Source of the DNA: an uncultured Terriglobus sp.
GTDB lineage: Bacteria > Acidobacteriota > Terriglobia > Terriglobales > Acidobacteriaceae
Assembly (NCBI GenBank): GCA_964242065.1
Contig: CAXTBQ010000002.1
Coordinates: 22,697-86,696 of the forward strand
Length of the DNA stretch: 64,000 nt
Direction: 5' to 3'
In this document: piece after piece, positions 60,789 to 64,000 of the stretch
Layout of the letters: every line of letters begins with the position of its first letter
How positions within the stretch are numbered: the first letter of the stretch is position 1
Made by a program: the position numbers and the translations under genes
The notes under the pieces: generated by a model
The model's input: the letters and a program-made list of their open reading frames with translations, nothing else
Database searches by the model: none
Told to the model about the DNA's origin: nothing

Positions 60789-63278
60789 TTAGATCAGAGA
60801 AAGAGCAGCGCCTTCCAACTGCTCATCGCCTTCCTGTGCAACAGGCCGATAGAAGAGCTGATCATTGCCTAGATAGACCTCCAGAAAGGCCGGGCGCTGT
60901 GTGATCTGCCCAGCAATCAGGGCTTCTGACAAAGGATCTTCAACGTATCGCTGCAGGGCTCGGCGAAGCGGCAGTGGACCGTAGGGGCGGGGTGTTTGCG
61001 GCTTGTGAAGGAACCCCGTCTTAGCGTCATGGTTTACCGAAAGAGTTCTCGCCGTGTGGACCAAATTTGTGTTCAGGCTTTGCACCAGCAGTTCGAGGAT
61101 CTGCATCAAGTCCGCGTCTGACAGGGCTGTGAACACGATGATCTCGTCCAGGCGGTTGATGAACTCAGGATTGAAGGTGCGCTTGACCTCACCCTTGACC
61201 ATCTCCTCCATCTTCTCCAATACGATCTCGTCCTTGTTTGACTGGAATCCCAGACCTTCGCGCTTCATCAGGTGCTTGGCGCCGATGTTCGACGTCATGA
61301 TGAGGATCGTGTTCTTGAAGTCAACCGTGTTGCCGAGACCATCCGTGAGGTGACCGTCTTCAAACACCTGCAGCAGCAGGTTGAAGACGTCCGGGTGTGC
61401 TTTCTCTATTTCGTCCAGCAGGACCACTGAATACGGCGAACGCTTGACGCGCTCTGTGAGTTGGCCGCCTTCCTCATAGCCAACATAACCCGGCGGCGAA
61501 CCGATCAGCTTACTGACGGAGTGCTTTTCCATGAACTCCGACATGTCGAAGCGGATGAGCGACTTGTCAGAGCCGAACAGGAACTGTGCCAGCGTTCGCG
61601 CCATTTCTGTCTTGCCCACACCCGTCGGTCCCAGGAACAGGAAAGAGCCGATGGGGCGGGATGGATTCTTGAGACCCGCACGCGAGCGCCGGATTGCGCG
61701 AGACAGCGCACTGATTGCCTTGTCCTGCGAGATCACCCTCTTGTGAAGCTCTTCTTCAACGCGAAGCAGCTTGGCTGTTTCCTCTTCCTTGAGCGATGTG
61801 ATGGGTACACCGGTCCAGCGGCTGACCACATCTTCGATGTCTTCCTTGGTCACGATGCCGGAAGACGAATCGTCCAGGTGGTACTTGTCGCGCAAGGCAC
61901 GCAAGTTCTCTCGCTCTTTGCGTTCCTCGTCGCTGTAGAAGCGCGCCTTCTCGAACTCGTGGTTCGCTATGGCGTTTTCCATGCGGTGCACAATGAACTT
62001 GATGCGTTTCTGCACCTCAGTCAGCTCTTCCGGAAGTGTGGTCTGCCGCAGCTTGACGCGGGCGCCAGCCTCGTCAATCAGGTCGATCGCTTTATCCGGC
62101 AGAAAACGATCCGGAATGTAACGGCTCGAGTGCGTCACGGAGTACGTAATCGCGTCGTCGGTGTAGCTAACGGCGTGGAACTTCTCGTACTTGTCCTTGA
62201 TCCCCTGGATGATCTTGATGGCGTCTTCTTCGTTCGGTGGAGGAACCTTGACGGCCTGGAAGCGCCGTTCCAGCGACCGATCTTTTTCAATCGACTTGCG
62301 GAACTCAGCGGGCGTGGTTGCTCCAATGCACTGGATCTCTCCGCGGCTTAAAGCCGGCTTCAAGATGTTGGCTGCATCGAGGGATCCTTCTGCCGATCCC
62401 GCACCAACCAGGGTGTGCAACTCGTCGATAAAAACGATGGAGTTCTGATTCTCGATGAGCTCCTTCATGATCGTCTTAAGGCGCTCTTCAAACTGTCCGC
62501 GGTACTTCGTCCCCGCTACGATGAGCGAAAGATCAAGCGAGAGCACCCGCTTCTCGGCAAGGAAACTTGGTACCTCACCATCCGCGATCTTTTGAGCCAG
62601 ACCCTCTACAATCGCCGTCTTGCCCACTCCAGGCTCGCCGATCAGAACAGGATTGTTCTTGGTACGGCGGCAAAGGATCTGAATGACGCGGTCCACCTCT
62701 GTGTCGCGACCGACCAGCGGATCAAGCTGCTGGTCCATCGCTGCCTGGGTTAGATCGCGCGAGAATTCTGCCAGCATGCTCTGCTCGGCAGCCGGTGCCG
62801 CTCCGCTGGCGCGCTGCTGCTTGCTCTGCTGCTGCTGGGCGGGCTTGTCCTGCGTCGTCCGCTGCAACTCTTCGCGGATCGTAGGCAGCCGCAGACCACG
62901 CTCCATCAGGATTTCTGCCGCAAAGCACTTCTCTTCGCGCAGAAGTCCGAGCAAGAGGTGTTCCGTTCCAATGTGTTTGTGGCTCAGCCGCTCTGCTTCC
63001 TCGGCCGCATAGGCAAGCACGCGCTTGCACTCGTTCGATAGCGGCAGATCGACCGACGTGGACACTTTCTCGCGAATGGTGGTGTGCCCTTCGATTTGCT
63101 TCCGAATGGACTCAACGGAAGCGTGCGAACGGAGGAAACGATTGGTAAGAGCTTTGTCTTCACGCAGCAATCCCAACAGCAGGTGCTCCGTCTCAATGTA
63201 GGGGCTGCCGAACTGACTGGCTTCATAGCGCGCGAAGAAAATGACGCGCCGCGCTTTTTCGGTATAACGCTCGAACAT
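60789..63278 (-). CDS. clpC: ATP-dependent Clp protease ATP-binding subunit ClpC
   Basis: [11 protein letters not shown] Clp-N repeats, [11 protein letters not shown]-like M domain, [20 protein letters not shown] loop. Confidence 0.95.
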   Translation of the reverse strand: MFERYTEKARRVIFFARYEASQFGSPYIETEHLLLGLLREDKALTNRFLRSHASVESIRKQIEGHTTIREKVSTSVDLPLSNECKRVLAYAAEEAERLSHKHIGTEHLLLGLLREEKCFAAEILMERGLRLPTIREELQRTTQDKPAQQQQSKQQRASGAAPAAEQSMLAEFSRDLTQAAMDQQLDPLVGRDTEVDRVIQILCRRTKNNPVLIGEPGVGKTAIVEGLAQKIADGEVPSFLAEKRVLSLDLSLIVAGTKYRGQFEERLKTIMKELIENQNSIVFIDELHTLVGAGSAEGSLDAANILKPALSRGEIQCIGATTPAEFRKSIEKDRSLERRFQAVKVPPPNEEDAIKIIQGIKDKYEKFHAVSYTDDAITYSVTHSSRYIPDRFLPDKAIDLIDEAGARVKLRQTTLPEELTEVQKRIKFIVHRMENAIANHEFEKARFYSDEERKERENLRALRDKYHLDDSSSGIVTKEDIEDVVSRWTGVPITSLKEEETAKLLRVEEELHKRVISQDKAISALSRAIRRSRAGLKNPSRPIGSFLFLGPTGVGKTEMARTLAQFLFGSDKSLIRFDMSEFMEKHSVSKLIGSPPGYVGYEEGGQLTERVKRSPYSVVLLDEIEKAHPDVFNLLLQVFEDGHLTDGLGNTVDFKNTILIMTSNIGAKHLMKREGLGFQSNKDEIVLEKMEEMVKGEVKRTFNPEFINRLDEIIVFTALSDADLMQILELLVQSLNTNLVHTARTLSVNHDAKTGFLHKPQTPRPYGPLPLRRALQRYVEDPLSEALIAGQITQRPAFLEVYLGNDQLFYRPVAQEGDEQLEGAALSLI

Positions 63279-63579
63279 GCTCCCCCTAGCGCCCCACTGC
63301 AGCATGCTGCTGCACAGGAGGGCCAATGGTTCCTTGCTCGTCCCCGCATTTCCAAACCACTGGATGCGGAAACTCTCGGAACACGAACCGCCAAGCAATG
63401 GGCGATCCGCTTTCCACATCCTTACTCAAACAGTTTACCTGCTGGCGACTTGATTCCTGCATGCCACGAAACTTAGGCATCACGTTATCAGGCCGTTGCA
63501 GGTTCTGGTTGGGAATTAGACGTTCTCTGTTGAAAAACAGATTCTGTTGACTTGGCAGCCAATGCTGCTGTGGACCCGA

Positions 63580-63999
63580 TCAAAGTTCAGCGGCTGTGTG
63601 CAACTGCCCGTCCCGCAGAACCAGCGTCCGGTCGCAGCGCCGAGCAAGGCCGAGGTGGTGGGTTACCAGCACTGATGTAAGCCCGTGGGTGCGGTGCAGC
63701 TTTTGTAGCAGGCTGAAGACCACCTCAGCCGTCCTATGATCTAGGTCACCCGTTGGTTCGTCCGCGAGCAGGATTCTGGGCGCGGTGACAAGTGCACGCG
63801 CCAACGATACCCTCTGCTGTTCCCCACCGGAGAGTTCGCCGGAACGATGAGTCAGACGATTACTAAGTTCCACCCTGTCGAGCCATCGCTCCGCTTCTTT
63901 GAGCGCCTGCTGCCGATTCATGCCGCGCGCGCGCAGCGGCATAGCAACGTTCTCTACGGCCGTAAACTCTGGCAGCAGGTAGTGAAACTGCCACACGTA
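63580..63999 (-). CDS. lolD: Lipoprotein-release ABC transporter ATPase, 5' end outside window
   Basis: [41 protein letters not shown]. Confidence 0.85.
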   Translation of the reverse strand, partial: YVWQFHYLLPEFTAVENVAMPLRARGMNRQQALKEAERWLDRVELSNRLTHRSGELSGGEQQRVSLARALVTAPRILLADEPTGDLDHRTAEVVFSLLQKLHRTHGLTSVLVTHHLGLARRCDRTLVLRDGQLHTAAEL

Positions 64000-64000
64000 G

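Overview
Mostly core chromosome of a high-GC bacterium. The Oar-type TonB receptor, the Rne with a huge S1 insertion, the SWKEIA-type HTH protein and the orphan nuoI point to Acidobacteriota (Terriglobia); this is inference. In order: partial CBS/hemolysin gene, ybeY, phoH and a TonB-dependent receptor divergent from pstSCAB; rpsT; mrdA-rodA-rne; an outer-membrane beta-barrel; an AmpH-like hydrolase; a 1439-aa membrane patatin-like protein; a flavodoxin-less CysJ-like reductase; two paralogous secreted proteins; a REP-like cluster; DUF4159; a low-GC two-gene insert (6-TM protein plus FGE-sulfatase-domain fusion); nth; chdC/hemQ; dedA; motB-motA-flbD divergent from fliC-fliD-fliS; ubiD-family; nuoI; dcp; split metH; a SAM-I riboswitch over a thrC-like gene plus moaD-like sulfur carrier; lon-clpX-clpP-tig; UDG; ytxH; clpC; partial lolD. 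Best leads: (1) the low-GC two-gene cassette at 29.0-31.4 kb, a candidate sensor/enzyme plus membrane-effector defence system; (2) the SAM-riboswitch-controlled thrC-like/sulfur-carrier pair beside metH, a probable thiocarboxylate route to homocysteine; (3) Pho-box-like repeats tying the TonB receptor to phosphate starvation; (4) twin sigma-28 promoters with a non-canonical -35. I saw no rRNA, tRNA, CRISPR array, integrase or transposase. All calls come from reading motifs by eye; no searches were run.
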